DNA of 61,860 nt from an uncultured bacterium. GTDB lineage: Bacteria > Omnitrophota > Omnitrophia > JAHJGZ01. The position numbers and the translations under genes were made by a program. Under the pieces are notes generated by a model, which was given only the letters and a program-made list of their open reading frames with translations, made no database searches and was not told the origin of the DNA. Each line of letters opens with the position of its first letter. Within the stretch, counting starts at the first letter, position 1. Where the stretch lies: NCBI GenBank assembly GCA_964558015.1, contig CAZLCT010000002.1, forward strand, positions 1 through 61,860, read 5' to 3'. Positions 60,034 to 61,860 of this stretch are shown here, one piece after another.

Positions 60034-60849
60034 TTATTTCTCCTGATAAATATGTACATCACTTTGCGGAAACGGAATAGTACATCCAGCTTTTTCTAAA
60101 GCCAGTTTACCCTTTTCGGTAACATCAAAATATACAGCCCAATAATCAGTTGGCTTCACATACGGACGGCAAACAAGATTGACACTGCTGTCAGCCAGTT
60201 CTGAAACGGCAACAACCGGGGCAGGATCTTTTAATACACGAGAATCTGAAGTTACCACTTTCATAAGAGCGTCTTTTGCAGCCTTCATATCATCTGTATA
60301 AGAAATACCAAACACTAAATCTACACGACGTTTTTCAATAGCCGTGAAATTGGTAATTAAGTCACTAGTTACTTTAGCATTAGGAATAACAATACGGCGG
60401 TTATCAAAGTGATCAAGTATAGTAGTAAATATTTGTATTTCCTTAACAGTCCCCATGGTACCGCCTGCTTCAATGAAGTCTCCAACTTTAAACGGTTTAA
60501 ATAAAATAAGCAAAACACCGGCAGCAAAATTTGCTAATGATCCCTGTAATGCTAAACCTACAGCTAAACCGGCAGCACCAATGACAGCTACCATTGAAGT
60601 AGTCTCAACTCCAAGTTTATTAATTGCAGCAATGATGACAAACACAACCAAACCCACATAAGTAAGATTGCGTATAAAATGAGCCAACGTAGCATCTACC
60701 TTTGACTTAATCATTAATTTTTCCATTATACCGGCAATAATACGCGCTAGCCATTTACCAACAACAAAAATTACAATCGCTGCAATCACATCAAGTCCAT
60801 ATAAGGCAATGAACTCCGATATCTTATTGAGTATTTCTTCCATCTCCAT
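60034..60849 (-). CDS. mscS: Small-conductance mechanosensitive channel (MscS family)
   Basis: GAAGLAVGLALQGSLANFAAGVLLILFKPFKVGDFIE pore helix and beta-domain motif. AAGGAGG RBS. 271 aa. Confidence 0.85.
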   Translation of the reverse strand: MEMEEILNKISEFIALYGLDVIAAIVIFVVGKWLARIIAGIMEKLMIKSKVDATLAHFIRNLTYVGLVVFVIIAAINKLGVETTSMVAVIGAAGLAVGLALQGSLANFAAGVLLILFKPFKVGDFIEAGGTMGTVKEIQIFTTILDHFDNRRIVIPNAKVTSDLITNFTAIEKRRVDLVFGISYTDDMKAAKDALMKVVTSDSRVLKDPAPVVAVSELADSSVNLVCRPYVKPTDYWAVYFDVTEKGKLALEKAGCTIPFPQSDVHIYQEK

Positions 60850-60872
60850 ATTGACCTCCTTTTGATAATAAT

Positions 60873-61379
60873 TTATTGATTATTGATATTGTCAGATTTT
60901 TCCGTTGTTTCCCGAACACTGTGTATAATCTTATTAAAAATCTTTTTATGGTAAATATAATCATCCGATTTTGCGTAACCAATAGTTAAAAGTGCGTTTT
61001 CTTTACATACTACCAAACTTAATAGCCATTTAACTTTTTTATCTCTAACGGTCCCATAACCTTCGGACATTACACCTTGGAGAGTGTTAAAAAAACTTTT
61101 CTTTGGAGTAATAATAAATTCAACATTATCTATAATATTGGATACCTTTCGCTCTATTTTCCCGTATACAGCGTCAAGATTCGAAGCATAAAAATCTTCA
61201 CACATAACGATTGCCTTGTTATCGGGGCTATATATTGTAGTTTTGTTGCCTATTGTCTCGCTCAGCCATTTATTAGGATATTCAATTGTGAATCCTGATT
61301 GAAGGTCTTCTGTTTTTCCCATGACCGAAGAAGGAAATAAAATAATTAATATAAAAAATATAATCAATACAGCCTTCAT
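60873..61379 (-). CDS. Hypothetical exported protein
   Basis: 168 aa with a signal peptide. Confidence 0.5.
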   Translation of the reverse strand: MKAVLIIFFILIILFPSSVMGKTEDLQSGFTIEYPNKWLSETIGNKTTIYSPDNKAIVMCEDFYASNLDAVYGKIERKVSNIIDNVEFIITPKKSFFNTLQGVMSEGYGTVRDKKVKWLLSLVVCKENALLTIGYAKSDDYIYHKKIFNKIIHSVRETTEKSDNINNQ

Positions 61380-61427
61380 GCAATTCTCCCCGTTAAGGAC
61401 GCGTAAAATTTTATAATATTATCTTCC

Positions 61428-61652
61428 CTACTCTTCATATTTGGGACCAATTGTTTCCCCTTCTATAAAATTATCTATCTTGGTCTTAATTTTATTCCAT
61501 TGATCACCAACAAATTCACACAACCATGCAGGTTCATCTAATAATGCCTTTGGTCCACTTTTTTCGAAATTGTTCTTTACAATCGCATATCGGCCTGAAA
61601 AAATATATACGGCAATGATTAAAAGAATAAGTATAATAATAAATTTTTTCAT
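61428..61652 (-). CDS. Hypothetical membrane-anchored protein
   Basis: 74 aa with an N-terminal TM helix. Confidence 0.45.
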   Translation of the reverse strand: MKKFIIILILLIIAVYIFSGRYAIVKNNFEKSGPKALLDEPAWLCEFVGDQWNKIKTKIDNFIEGETIGPKYEE

Positions 61653-61860
61653 GCAGAATCCTTTCTCTTAAAAAACTATTTATATCAATATTAAGCCTAT
61701 TTTTCATCAAAATACGGCAACATATCGGCTACATTTTTTATACTTACTTTTAAGATATTTTCATCATTCGTATTATAAAAAGCATCAAACGCACCTATCC
61801 ACCACATAGTAATTATTTAGCCGATTGAGCAGGAGTTAGAATAATACTGTTTTTTGAGGT

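Noticed and set aside
27275-61652. Mobile element, prophage or defence island in the right-hand 35 kb
   Set aside because: I saw no integrase, transposase, terminal repeats, tRNA target or clustered defence genes. The content is housekeeping genes plus small envelope proteins.
61697-61807. 36-aa minus-strand ORF (MWWIGAFDAFYNTNDENILKVSIKNVADMLPYFDEK) at the window end
   Set aside because: It is too short, has no RBS or motif, and lies near the window edge, so its context is missing.

Overview
AT-rich bacterial window using the standard genetic code. Every gene I can support (about 45) lies on the minus strand. Positions 1-26651 are one uninterrupted minus-strand reading frame of 8,883 codons. 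I checked it codon by codon and found no TAA, TAG or TGA. It starts near 26651 and runs off the window start, so it is the N-terminal ~1 MDa of a giant gene. It is missing from the supplied ORF track, most likely because it has no stop inside the window. The translation is a mosaic. It contains a Tiki/TraB/ChaN-like domain, a DUF89 (ARMT1-like) phosphatase domain, a protein-kinase-like domain and a twice-repeated WNANINF motif module. It also has TPR-like helical arrays, a RelE/ParE-like fold, six Fis/NtrC-type HTH modules (4+2), two near-identical 2-TM hairpin modules 4,962 bp apart, and a polytopic membrane block. The other 35 kb (27275-61652) is a co-directional run of ordinary housekeeping and small envelope genes. 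These include nfo, trxB, a GT35 glucan phosphorylase, cobO, glnS, mscS, a lysine-ketoglutarate-reductase-like gene, a FAD oxidase and a TMTC-like glycosyltransferase. A few oddities are reported as findings: a plus-strand sRNA candidate, a coiled-coil protein with exact 129-aa repeats, a secreted SOR-like protein, an unannotated small ORF with a paralogue, and a DUF1016-N/SNase fusion behind a palindrome. No rRNA, tRNA, CRISPR array, transposase or integrase was seen. All domain calls come from motif reading by eye and need HMM or structure confirmation.
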